From NCBI GenBank assembly GCA_964016885.1, contig OZ024741.1, forward strand, positions 321,470,001 through 321,534,000: a stretch of DNA of 64,000 bases. The letters run 5' to 3'. This document shows positions 39,973 to 55,213 of this stretch, piece by piece (positions within the stretch are counted from its first letter, which is position 1; each line of letters starts with the position of its first letter). The notes under the pieces are model-generated. The model was not told the origin of the DNA. It searched no databases and saw only the letters and a program-made list of their open reading frames with translations. The DNA is from Eledone cirrhosa (taxonomy: Eukaryota). The position numbers and the translations under genes were made by a program.

Positions 39973-40399
39973 TGATGGTACCAAATGAAGCATTCTATGC
40001 ACCGGTAGAGTGTATATATTTTTTAAAAAAACGGTGAAGTTTCGTTTACATGTATTGGATTTTTATTGTGTATCGACCTGTTTCGCAGCTGATTGGCTTA
40101 GTGTCACCCATAGAAGTTATGGACCCGGCTCCATTATCGATCTGCTCTTCAGACTGGTGATGCGACAAAAGATATATTTTAAACAAAAATATATCTTTTG
40201 TCGCGTCACCAGTTTGAGGAGCAGATCGATACTGGAGTCGGGTCCATAACTCCTATGGGTCACCTTGAGACAATCCACTGTGAAACACGTGTAACAGGTC
40301 GATACGCAATAAATATTTTTCATATCTAAACGAAATTTCCTCGTTTATTCTATTATATACACTCTACCTGTGCATAGAGTGCTTCATTTGGTACCATCA
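39973..40399. repeat. Diverged fold-back (about 210-bp arms) with an HHR-like core on each arm
   Basis: Arms are inverted. - arm 40072-40155: CTGAAGA-GCAG..60 nt..CTGC-GAAA-CAGG-TC, with weak stem I. Confidence 0.8.
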
Positions 40400-40403
40400 C
40401 TAA

Positions 40404-42066
40404 CACCATGTAACAAAAAAAAAATGTTTTTCTGTTCCTGGCTTGTAATCACTTTTTTGTGTTGCTTAGGTCCCAAATAAATAAATAAAAAAAAGTGCTA
40501 TTAAACAGTTAAAAGTTTGGGTTTGTAAAAATTCTAAGCTATTCACTAGAATTATTTGTATGCTGGATTTTACATTGTATGTAAGTTTAATTTGCTTATG
40601 TTAAATGATTTTTTTTAATATGTTTCAGGTTAAATTAAAATTATAAAAGTGCAATAAAGTATAAAATTGTTAAAAAGTGGATTAAAGAGATTTATTGATA
40701 CAGGATTTTCGCCCCCTGAATAAAGGGTAAGTTGTATTTTAAGCATTCGTCTCCAGGATGAAGCAGTGGAACTTGGTCAAGGAGGAAGTGCAGGTGACAA
40801 GTCAGAAGTCGACACAAACCTTTCTCAGGCTTTTACACTCTTAGGGATGGCTTCTGCCATGATGTGCCTGGACTGTTTGATGTTATTGGGGTGCCGTTTG
40901 TGCCCAAGGAGTGGCAGTTATTTATAGACAGCTCCACCACAAGTTTGAAGGCTGTCCTCCACAATGGAAACAAATTCCCGACACTGCCCCTTGCTCATTC
41001 AGTCTGCCTGAAGGAAGATTACTACAGTTTGAAAGTCCTCTTAGAAGCTCTGCAATACAACCAGTACAATTGGGAAATCATTGGAGACTTCAAGATGGTG
41101 GCTTTCCTGCTTGGACTCCAAGGAGGCTTTATCAAATTCCAATGCTTCCTCTGCCTTTGGGACAGCAGAGCCACCTCTGACCACTACAAAAGGAAGAACT
41201 GGGAGCAGCGAACAGAATTTGTAGTTGGGACCCGGAACGTCATGTGGGAGCCACTGGTTGATCCCAGGATTGTGCTCATTAAGTTGGGGTTGATGAAGCA
41301 GTTTGTGAAGGCTCTCAACCAAGAATCAGCCGCTTTTAAGTACCATCTCGAGTTCTTCCCCAAGTTATCTGAGGCCAAAATCAAAGGTGGAATTTTTGTT
41401 GGACCTCAGATAAAGAGTGTTTAAGTCTACCGAGTTCTCCAATAAGCTGAATAGGATTGAGAGAACAGCATGGAACTTTCAAGGCAGTTGTTAAGGGCTT
41501 CCTGGGCAACTACAGAGCTGAAAACTACCAGCAACTGGTGCAGGATCTGATAAAGGCTTTTGGCGCCATGGGATGCAGGATGTCGCTTAAACTCCATATG
41601 CTGGACGCTCACCTGGAAAAATTCAAGGACAATATGGGCGCCTACTCAGAAGAACAAGGCGAACGATTCCACCAAGATGTGAAAGAGATAGAGCGGAGGT
41701 ACCAGGGCCACTACAATGAAAAAATGATGGGGGACTATATCTGGGGGCTTGTGCGGGAATGCGACCTGGACTACAACCGCAAATCCAGGAAATCCAGTCA
41801 TTTCTGACGTGTATAAGTTGCTTTATAAGTGTTATTTGTTTTTACTTGTTTGCTTTTGATAAGCTTGTGTAATAAAATAAATATATACTCTGTTGATTTA
41901 AATATATGAACTGATAAATTTTTTTTAAATGTGTTTTTTCTTGAAAAATATGAAAATTTCGAAATATCAAACGCCTGAGCACAAACCCAAACTTCTGATT
42001 AAATAAGTGTTTTTTTATAATAATGGGATATAACAAACTGGGAAACAAAAAATATGTTACACGGTG
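40404..42066 (+). mobile_element. Internally deleted Chapaev3-type (CMC) DNA transposon with transposase pseudogene (about 40740-41807)
   Basis: TIR CACC(A/G)TGTAACA, TAA TSD on both sides; motifs LFIDSS..SLKAVL, GDFKM, CFLCLWDSRA, IKLGLMKQFVKAL, SLKLH..H, SEEQGERFHQD. Family assignment is from recall of motifs and ends. Confidence 0.8.
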
Positions 42067-42514
42067 TAATTCACTGAATCACCTACACATATATAATGTT
42101 TAATATAGAAATGGCTTCTACAAGACTAGAACTGTTTCATTCAAAAGAAATCATATGTGTGTAATATATTAGAGTAAAGGCCCACTTCGGTCAAGAAGAA
42201 CCATGGGATTTGCACCTAGAAAGTTCCCCTCTAAGGTACAAGTCTGGGCAAGGTTGTTTGTGGAAGACCAACAGTCGCCCATGCATACCAGTCTCCTCTT
42301 TCCACGCCATTGATGTCCAAGGCTGATACTGCTTGCCACCATTGACATCAAAACTCATTTCTACAACTGAGTAAACGTGAAATAAAGTGTCTTGCTCAAA
42401 AACACAACACATTGCCACCCTCTCCGGGAATGGAAATCACAACCTCACAATTGACGCTCTAACCAATTAGCTATGCGCCTTCACTTATATATATATATAT
42501 TATATAGATATATT

Positions 42515-43113
42515 GTGCTTTCCAGCAGAGTTACGTCCCTTTACGATCTGAGTTCAAATCCTGCCGAGGTTGACTTTGCCTTTCATCATTACAGGGTCGA
42601 TAAAATAAAGTACCAGTAATGTACTGGGTATTTGCTGGCCTTGTGCCTAAAGTAGAAACAATTATATATATATTTATTATATATATATATATATATATAT
42701 TTATTATATATATATATTATATATTTATTATATATATATATTATATATTTATTATATATATATATTATATATTTATTATATATATATATTATATATTTAT
42801 TATATATATATATTATATATTTATTATATATATATATTATATATTTATTATATATATATATTATATATTTATTATATATTTATATATTTATATATTATAT
42901 ATATTATATATATATTTATATATTATATATATATATATATATATTTATATATTATATATATATATATTGTTGACGCATAGAGTTACGGCCCTTTGCATTC
43001 TGAGTTCAAATCCCGCCGAGGTTAACTTTGCCTTTCATCCTTATGGGGTCGATAAAATAAAGTACCAGTAATGTACTGGGTAATTGCTGGCCTTGTGCCA
43101 AAAGTAGAAACAA
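42515..43113 (+). mobile_element. Two truncated tRNA-SINE copies separated by TA repeats
   Basis: Family core at about 42548 and 43000. Confidence 0.8.
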
Positions 43114-44267
43114 TTATATATATATATTGTATATATATATTGTATATATATATATATATTGTATATATATATATATATTGTATATATATATATATATTGT
43201 ATATATATATATATATATTGTATATATATATATTGTATATATATATATATATATTGTATATATATATATATATATTGTATATATATATATATATATTGTA
43301 TATATATATATATATATATTGTATATATATATATATATATTGTATATATATATATATATATTGTATATATATATATATATATTGTATATATATATATATA
43401 TATTGTATATATATATATATATATTGTATATATATATATATATATATTGTATATATATATATATATATTGTATATATATATATATATTATTGTATATATA
43501 TATATTTATTGTATATATATATATATATTTATTATATATATATTTATTGTATATATATATATATATTTATTATATATATATTTATTGTATATATATATAT
43601 ATTTATTATATATATATTTATTATATATATATATATTATATATATATATATTATATATATATATATATTATTATATATATATATTATATATATATTTATT
43701 ATATATATATTTATTATATATATATATTATTATAATATTATATTTATTATATATATATTTATTATATATATAATATATATTTATTATATATTATTAATAT
43801 ATATTATATATTATATATATAATATATATATAATATATATTTATATATATATATATATATATTTATTATATATATAATATATATATAATATATATTTATT
43901 ATATATATAATATATATATAATATATATATATTATATATATAATATATATATAATATATATATATTATTTATATAATATATATATAATATATATATATTA
44001 TTTATATATATATATATATTATATATTATATATATATTATATTATATATATATTATATATATATTATATATTATATATATATTATTTATATATTATATAT
44101 ATATATATATTATATATATATATTATATATATATATATATATTATATATATATATATATTATATATATATATATATTATATATATATATTATATATATTA
44201 TATATATATATATTATATATATTATATATATATATATTATATATATTATATATATTATATATATTAA

Positions 44268-44300
<33 letters not shown>

Positions 44301-44353
44301 ATATATTATATATATTAAATATATATATATATATTATATATATATATATATAT

Positions 44354-44385
<32 letters not shown>

Positions 44386-45182
44386 ATATATTAGATATAT
44401 ATATATATTTATATATAATATATATATAATATATATATATTATATATATATTTATATATATTATATATATATTTATATATATTATATATATATTATATAT
44501 ATATATATTATATATATATATATATATATTATTTATATATATATATATTATTTATATATATATATATTATTTATATATATTATATATATATATTATATAT
44601 ATTATATATTATATATATATATATTATATATATATATTATTTATATATATTATATATATATATATAATATATATATATGTATTATTTATATATATATATA
44701 TAAATATAATATATATTATATATATATATATAAATATAATATATATTATATATATATATATTATATATATAAATATAATATATATTATATATATATATAT
44801 AAATATAATATATATTATATATATATTATATATATATATATTATATATATAAATATAATATATATATATATATTATATATATAAATATAATATATATTAT
44901 ATATAAATATAATATATATATATATATTATATATATAAATATAATATAAATATAATATATATATATATATTATATATATAAATATAATATAAATATAATA
45001 TATATATATATATATTATATATATAAATATAATATATATTATATATATATATATATTATATATATAAATATATATATTATATATATAAATATATATATTA
45101 TATATATAAATATATATATTATATATATAAATATATATATTATATATATAAATATATATATTATATATATAAATATATATAT

Positions 45183-45214
<32 letters not shown>

Positions 45215-45492
45215 ATATATATATTTATATATATATTATATATATATTTATATATATATAATATATATATTTATATATATATAATATATATATTTATATA
45301 TATATAATATATATATTTATATAATATATATATTTATATTTATATAATATATATATTTATATATATATAATACATATATTTCTATACATATATATATAAA
45401 TATATATTTATATATTTATATTTATATAATATATATATTTATATATATATAATACATATATTTCTATACATATATATATAAATATATATTTA

Positions 45493-45532
<40 letters not shown>

Positions 45533-45536
45533 TATT

Positions 45537-45567
<31 letters not shown>

Positions 45568-45780
45568 AATATATATAATATATATATTTATATTTATATA
45601 TATATAATATATATATTTATATTTATATATATTTATATATATATAATATATATATATATATAAATATATATAATATATATATTTATATTTATATATATAT
45701 AATATATATATTTATATATATATATTTATATATATTTATATATATATAATATGTATATATAATATATATATATATATAAA
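43113..45780. repeat. Compound (TA)n satellite
   Basis: Directly visible; blocks of variant units. Confidence 0.97.
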
Positions 45781-46216
45781 GAATCTTGCTAAACAAATTC
45801 AGAAACGAAATATTATATATATAATTATATATATTTCAAAACAGCGAAGGACGCATTCCGGACCTGTCCGACAGACAGCCTTTTCCCCTACCCCGGAAAA
45901 AAACCCCAGTTGATGGATGTGAATTCGAAATATATAGGGACTATTAAATCTCTCCCAAGGTAACTCTCTCTCTTGTGTTGTTATTTTTATTCTATCCTTT
46001 TTACTCTTCATTCTACACATCTTATACACACCACGCATTTCAACGTACACCCACTCACATCTCTCTCTCCACCACCGGACCTTGTTACCCGGAGATTTAC
46101 CCATTTTCATTGTCGAGGCTTCCAAACGACTTAAAGTTATTTACTTATTGTTCCACAATGCTTCAAGCAAACTTCAATACTCTCTTAATTATATATATAT
46201 ATTATATATATATAAT

Positions 46217-46247
<31 letters not shown>

Positions 46248-46889
46248 ATATATATAATTATATATATTATATATATAATTATATATATAATTATATATAT
46301 AATTATATATATTATTATATATATAATTATATATATATATAATTATATATATATTATATATATATAATTATATATATATTATATATATATATTATATATA
46401 TAATTATATATATTATTATATATATATTATAATTATATATTATATTATATATATATATAATTATATATTATATTATATATATATATAATTATATATTATA
46501 TTATATATATATATTATATTATATATTATATTATATATATATATTATATTATATATTATATTATATATATATATTATATTATATATTATATTATATATAT
46601 ATATTATATTATATATTATATTATATATATATATTATATTATATATTATATATATATATTATATTATATATTATATATATATATATATATTATATATTAT
46701 ATATATATATATATATTATATTATATATATTATATATTATATTATATATATTATATATATATATATATTATATATATTATATATTATATTATATATATTA
46801 TATATATATATATTATATATATATATATCATATGAAAGACGTAAAATAAGAAAATTTTAAAAATTAAATATTAACTTACTAAAATTTTC

Positions 46890-46971
46890 ACTCCAACTAA
46901 TTAGTTTCTGTAATGGGATAAATATAGTTACACAATATAACTATCGAGAATTCATTACGTCATCAGGGAGT
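46890..46971 (-). ncRNA. Type I hammerhead with long stem II (GUU site)
   Basis: Reverse complement: ACTCC-CTGATGA-[gtaatg...cattac]-GAAA-CTAATTAG-TT-GGAGT; partial inverted copy at 47045-47099. Confidence 0.85.
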
Positions 46972-47139
46972 CTATTCTCAGCTAAGTTCCCAGGCAATGC
47001 GCGGACACTAGGAACCCATATAAAAATAATAATTCAGTGGATTGCCTGATGACGTAATGAATTCTCGATAGTTATATTGTGTAACTATATTTATCCCATA
47101 TTATATATATATATATATATATATATTATATTTATATAT

Positions 47140-47867
47140 ATCATCATCATCAACGTTTAACGTCCGTGTTCCGCGCTTGCATGGGTTTGGACGGGGGTTT
47201 TCCCACTTGAGGCAAGAGTGATTGTCTTGCTCGCATAGGATTGTCTGGCAGGTTTTCTACAGTTGGATGCCCTTCCTAACACCAACCACATTTACAGTGT
47301 AGGTCTGGGAGGTTTTTACCGTGTTGCTTACATGGCCACATTACAGCGTGGACTGTGTGTTTTTTTGTCGTGACACCTACACGATCTCATTTGTTTCGGC
47401 CTGGATGGTGTGGCACCAACATAACTTTACATAGAAGGGGGCGGTGTGGATGGGGTGGAGGTGGTGGGACGGGGGTGTATTTTGTTAGAGATGCCTACTG
47501 ACTGTAGTAGGTTTTACTTTGTATTTAGGTAAGGCGGGCCTTCTCTATTACTGAGTACCGCCAAAGGTCTCGGTCCAGTGACATTGTCTTGGAGAGGTGT
47601 AAGTGTGTGAGGTCGGAGTTTATCAGCTCATCCCAGGTTTTTCTAGGTCTGCCTATTCCGTGGCTACCGTCTATCTTTATTGCCCTGCACTTTGTTATAC
47701 AGCTATCGACTTTCATGCGCATCATGTGTCCATACCAACGTAGCCTTCTCTCGAGTAAACAACATCTGATCCCTCTTATTTCTAATTTTTTCCTTAGTTC
47801 GTTTATGCTTTGCCGTTCACGTATATTACTATTACACATCCAGCGGAGCATGCAAGCTTCGTTCCTC
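47140..47867 (-). mobile_element. RTE-clade LINE 3' end with (ATG)n tail
   Basis: MLRWMC...RLRWYGHMMRM...GRPRKTW followed by a 3' UTR. Confidence 0.85.
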
Positions 47868-50378
<2,511 letters not shown>

Positions 50379-50380
<2 letters not shown>

Positions 50381-51132
50381 TAGAAAGATCGAGTATCGAA
50401 AAATCGGCGCACGAGTTCACGATAAACAAAATTCGAAATGAGCGGCAGAGGGCTCAATAATTCAGATGAATCAGAGCTATAACTATCGTTAAAATACCGT
50501 CACATATAGAACAAGTCTACAATCAACCATACGATAAAAAATCGATAATAGAAGATTCGGGACAAACAGATAAAAAATATCAATAAAACAATACATCAAT
50601 AATTTAAATGAATGTAAAATCATACCCGGACCCACTAGAAAGGTGTTAAATCTAGCTTCATGGGTTTCTGTAAATCCTTAGACTGTACTCTATCAGCTCA
50701 CATATAAATATAAAAGCCTACTAGAGCAAGAGGAACGGAGTTTACTTTCTCAACGAGCTTTTTTCCTAGCGGAAAAGGGGCTAACTACCAGTGAAAAACG
50801 CACATGGCATTAGACAAGGGAGATAACCTCTATATCCGCGAAAACTATTCGAGGGAATGTGGAAATACACATATCGAATAAGAGTGCTCAATAGACATGT
50901 TAAAATAAAACAAAAGCTATTCATCACTCAATAGAATCGACAAAAAATGAGCAATAAAATTAACTGGTGGATAGCTATGTCCAGAGCTAAAAATATTAGA
51001 AAGATCGAGTATCGAAAAATCGGCGCACGAGTTCACGATAAACAAAATTCGAAATGAGCGGCAGAGGGCTCAATAATTCAGATGAATCAGAGCTATAACT
51101 ATCGTTAAAATACCGTCACATATAGAACAAGT
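50379..51132. mobile_element. 616-nt-period insert with about 138-bp terminal direct repeat between TA tracts
   Basis: TTAGAAAGATCGAGTATCG...GAACAAGT occurs twice; only a degenerate HHR-like motif on - (about 50650-50700). Confidence 0.7.
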
Positions 51133-51271
51133 ATATATATATTATATATTATATATATATATATCAATATATATATTATATATATATATCAATATATATA
51201 TATATATTTTATATATATATATATATTTTATATATATATATATATTATATATATATTATATATATATATCA

Positions 51272-51319
<48 letters not shown>

Positions 51320-51324
51320 ATATA

Positions 51325-52100
51325 GTATTTACGTATCGAGAAGGAGAGAAAAAAAGGAGGGATAGGTGATACATATAGTTATTTGCCAAGTAGCGTATGC
51401 CAAAGGTGCTCAATACTAGTGCCGGCAGTATTAAATATTCGAAGTGTTAATATTTAGTGGGCTAGAGAGTTAGCAGAGCATAAGCACGTGGGAAAGTGAA
51501 AAATCGGAGAATAGACCGTTAAAACATGTTTATTTAAAATATCACCTACGTACGTTTCGCCCAGTTGGGCTTCTCAAGGGCATAAACAATCACAAGTGTT
51601 CCTTATATAGTTCGGAAAGAGTTTGGGGTGTTAAATCCACATCAAGATTCATTGCTCGCAAAAATATCTTGTTTTGATTTTGCAGCAGGTCAAGGGAGGT
51701 AACTTTGGCCGGTGTTAGGGCAGTCTTTCCCGGATAATTTTTGGTATGCAGGGATTGTTTTCTGGGTGTTATTTTACTGCGCCTGCCCGCCGGGGTGTTA
51801 AGACTTGTTGCAGGGAGATCCAGTGTGCTATTTCACTCTTCATTCTTAACCCATCTAAAGAAGGATATTTTTAAGCGATGTGTACAACTTATCGCTGTTT
51901 CAGCTCTGCTGTTGATGAGCTCGTGGGGTGCAGTTATGATGTGGTAGAGCTCCATGAGGCAAAGATCGCATTTCCTCTTGAAGTTGTACGGTGCAGCCCT
52001 GTCGACAATCTCCCAGTGCGTGGAGAAGCTAATGTTTAAGTCCTTTAGTGATGTGATGTAGTCCGCGGACACTTTATTTCACGTTGCTCCTTCTACCTGG
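51325..52100 (-). mobile_element. Penelope-like 3' fragment (GIY-YIG C-terminus plus pLTR)
   Basis: WEIVDRAAPYN...CDLCLMELYHI...LINSRAE...C.H; U3-A8 HHR-like motif at 51545-51579 (TTGAGAA-GCCC aact GGGC-GAAA-CGTACG-TA). Confidence 0.8.
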
Positions 52101-52432
52101 AGTTGCGACCGATAGATAGTATTAGCAATTGGAAAGACCAACGGAAACATTGTTCCCTCGGTCGGATTAGACGAAAGTCGATCGTTCCTTTCTATATATA
52201 TATATATTATATATATATTATATATATATATATTATATTATATATATATATATATATTATATATATTATATATTTATATATATATATATTATATATAAAT
52301 ATATATTATATATATATAAATATATATATATATAAACAAATGAAGTAATTCCGTCGGAAAAGTCCAGGAAAAAAGAGTGCTCTATGTAAGGGTTTTTTAA
52401 GATCCAAATTCAATAAACAAACCAGGATTTTT

Positions 52433-52488
52433 TCATTCTGAGGATTGAAAGCAAAACCTTTTGCTTTTAAGAAACCACTGGTAAATGG
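52433..52488 (+). ncRNA. Type I hammerhead (GUA site)
   Basis: TCATT-CTGAGGA-[aaagcaaaa cc ttttgcttt]-GAAA-CC act GG-TA-AATGG, in a short insert between TA tracts. Confidence 0.88.
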
Positions 52489-52677
52489 ATTAATTGCCTT
52501 ATGTTGTTTATTACATAATAATAATTATATATATAAATATATAAATATATATATAAATATATAAATATATATATATATATATATAAATATATATATTATA
52601 TATATTATATATATATATTATATATTATATATATATTATATATATTATATATATATTATATATATATATATATATTA

Positions 52678-52721
<44 letters not shown>

Positions 52722-52755
52722 ATATATTATATATATATATTTATATATATATATT

Positions 52756-52788
<33 letters not shown>

Positions 52789-52866
52789 ATATATTTATAT
52801 ATTATATATATATATATATATATTTATATATTATATATATAATATATATATTTATATATATATATT

Positions 52867-52906
<40 letters not shown>

Positions 52907-52919
52907 TATATATATAAAC

Positions 52920-54300
52920 ACTGGCGGTACTCAGTAATAGAGAAGACCCGCCTTACCTAAATACAAAGTAAAAACCTACTACAGTCAGTAGGCATCTCTA
53001 TCAAAACACCCCCCCGTCCCACCACCTCCACCCCATCCACACCGCCCCTTTCAATGTACAGTTATGTTGGTCCCACAACATCCAGGCCGAAACAAATGAG
53101 ATCGTGTAGGTGTCACGACAAAAAAACACACAGTCCACGCTGTAAATGTGGCTGTGTAGGCAACACGGTAAAAACCTCCCAGCCCCACACTGTAAATGTG
53201 GTTGGTGTTAGGAAGGGCATCCAGCTGTAGAAAACCCGCCAGACAGGCCACGCTGTAATGTGGCCGTGTAGGCAACACGGTAAAAACCTCCCAGCCCCAC
53301 ACTGTAAATGTGGTTGGTGTTAGGAAGGGCATCCAACTGTAGAAAACCCGCCAGACAGTCCTATGCGAGCAAGACAACCACTCTTGCCTCAAGTGGGAAA
53401 ACCCCCGTCCAAACCCATGCAAGCGTGGAACACGGACGCTAAACCTGATGATGATGATGATGATGATGATATATAATATATATATTTATATATATGTATA
53501 TATATTATATATATATTTATATATTATATTATATGTATATATATTATATATATATTTATATATTATATTTATATATTATATGTATATATATTATATATAT
53601 ATTTATATATTATATTTATATATTATATGTATATATATTATATTTATATATTATATGTATATATATTATCATCATCATCATCATCAGGTTTAGCGTCCGT
53701 GTTCCACGCTTGCATGGGTTTGGACGGGGGTTTTCCCACTTGAGGCAAGAGTGGTTGTCTTGCTCGCATAGGACTGTCTGGCGGGTTTTCTACAGTTGGA
53801 TGCCCTTCCTAACACCAACCACATTTACAGTGTGGGGCTGGGAGGTTTTTACCGTGTTGCCTACACGGCCACATTACAGCGTGGACTGTCTGGCGGGTTT
53901 TCTACAGCTGGATGCCCTTCCTAACACCAACCACATTTACAGTGTGGGGCTGGGAGGTTTTTACCGTGTTGCCTACACGGCCACATTTACAGCGTGGACT
54001 GTGTGTTTTTTGTCGTGACACCTACACGATCTCATTTGTTTCGGCCTGGATGTTGTGGGACCAACATAACTTTACATTGAAAGGGGCGGTGTGGGTGGGG
54101 TGGAGGTGGTGGGACGGGGGTGTGTTTTGATAGAGGTGCCTACTGACTGTAGTAGGTTTTTACTTTGTATTTAGGTAAGGCGGGTCTTCTCTATTACTGA
54201 GTACCGCCAAAGGTCTCGGTCCAGTGACATTGTCTTGGAGAGGTGTAAGCGTGTGAGGTCGGAATTTATCAGCTCGTCCCATGTTTTTCTGGGTCTGCCT
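52920..54300. mobile_element. Tail-to-tail inverted pair of RTE 3' ends (+ 52920-53470; - 53668-54300)
   Basis: Near-identical arms, both carrying the same internal duplication of about 115 bp, with (ATG)n tails facing a TA spacer. Confidence 0.88.
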
Positions 54301-54443
54301 ACTATTATATATATATTTATATATTATATTTATATATTATATATTTATATATTATATATTTATATATTATATATATATATATTATATATATAATAATGAA
54401 ATGACAGGAGGCTGGATTTGTGTAAATCCTTGAAAGGTTTATT

Positions 54444-54501
54444 ATACTATGATCATTTCAATGACCGGGTTCCGTATGAATCCGGTGATATCATCAGGTA
54501 T
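54444..54501 (-). ncRNA. Type I hammerhead (inverted copy)
   Basis: Reverse complement of 55156-55213. Confidence 0.88.
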
Positions 54502-55155
54502 TCGAAATATAATACGTGAATGTAATAGGTAAAATCCATGGGGCTGAAAATCGAGACCCGAGGGCGACCGCTATTCTGTTCCTTCAACCTCAGCCGGTCG
54601 CCCTGGAGTGACGTGGCTAAATTTTATAGTATGCTACTACCGGTCAGATGAACGAAAACAGAAAGAGATGGGAGCATAGGTTAACGTCGATCCCATGACA
54701 CAAGGTAAAAGAAAGAAAGAAAGGAAGGAGAAGAAGGGGGAAGAAAGAAGAGAAGTCAGGGTTAATGTCAGCTAAAAGAGGAAGGCAACTACTACTGGTC
54801 AGATATAGGCAAGCAAGAGGGGGAAGGAAGATAAGTCTGCGGGAGGAGGGGAGGAGAGAAGGAAGGGAAGAGAGAAGTAGAAAAGTAAGGGTTGATGGCT
54901 ACAAGAAGGAAGATAGAAAGGAAGAGGAAGAAAGGTCGATATTAATGTCAGACCACAGTCAAGCCAGGAGTGGCGCGAGAAAATTTTCACAGGGACCCAC
55001 ATCTTAGCGGAGGTGAATATATTGGGAGTCAGGGTTTTAGCCACGTCACTCCAGGGCGACCGGCTGAGGTTGAAGGAACAGAATAGCGGTCGCCCTCGGG
55101 TCTCGATTTTCAGCCCCATGGATTTTACCTATTACATTCACGTATTATATTTCGA

Positions 55156-55213
55156 ATACCTGATGATATCACCGGATTCATACGGAACCCGGTCATTGAA
55201 ATGATCATAGTAT
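55156..55213 (+). ncRNA. Type I hammerhead (AUA site)
   Basis: ATAC-CTGATGA-[accgg...ccggt]-GAAA-TGATCA-TA-GTAT. Confidence 0.9.
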
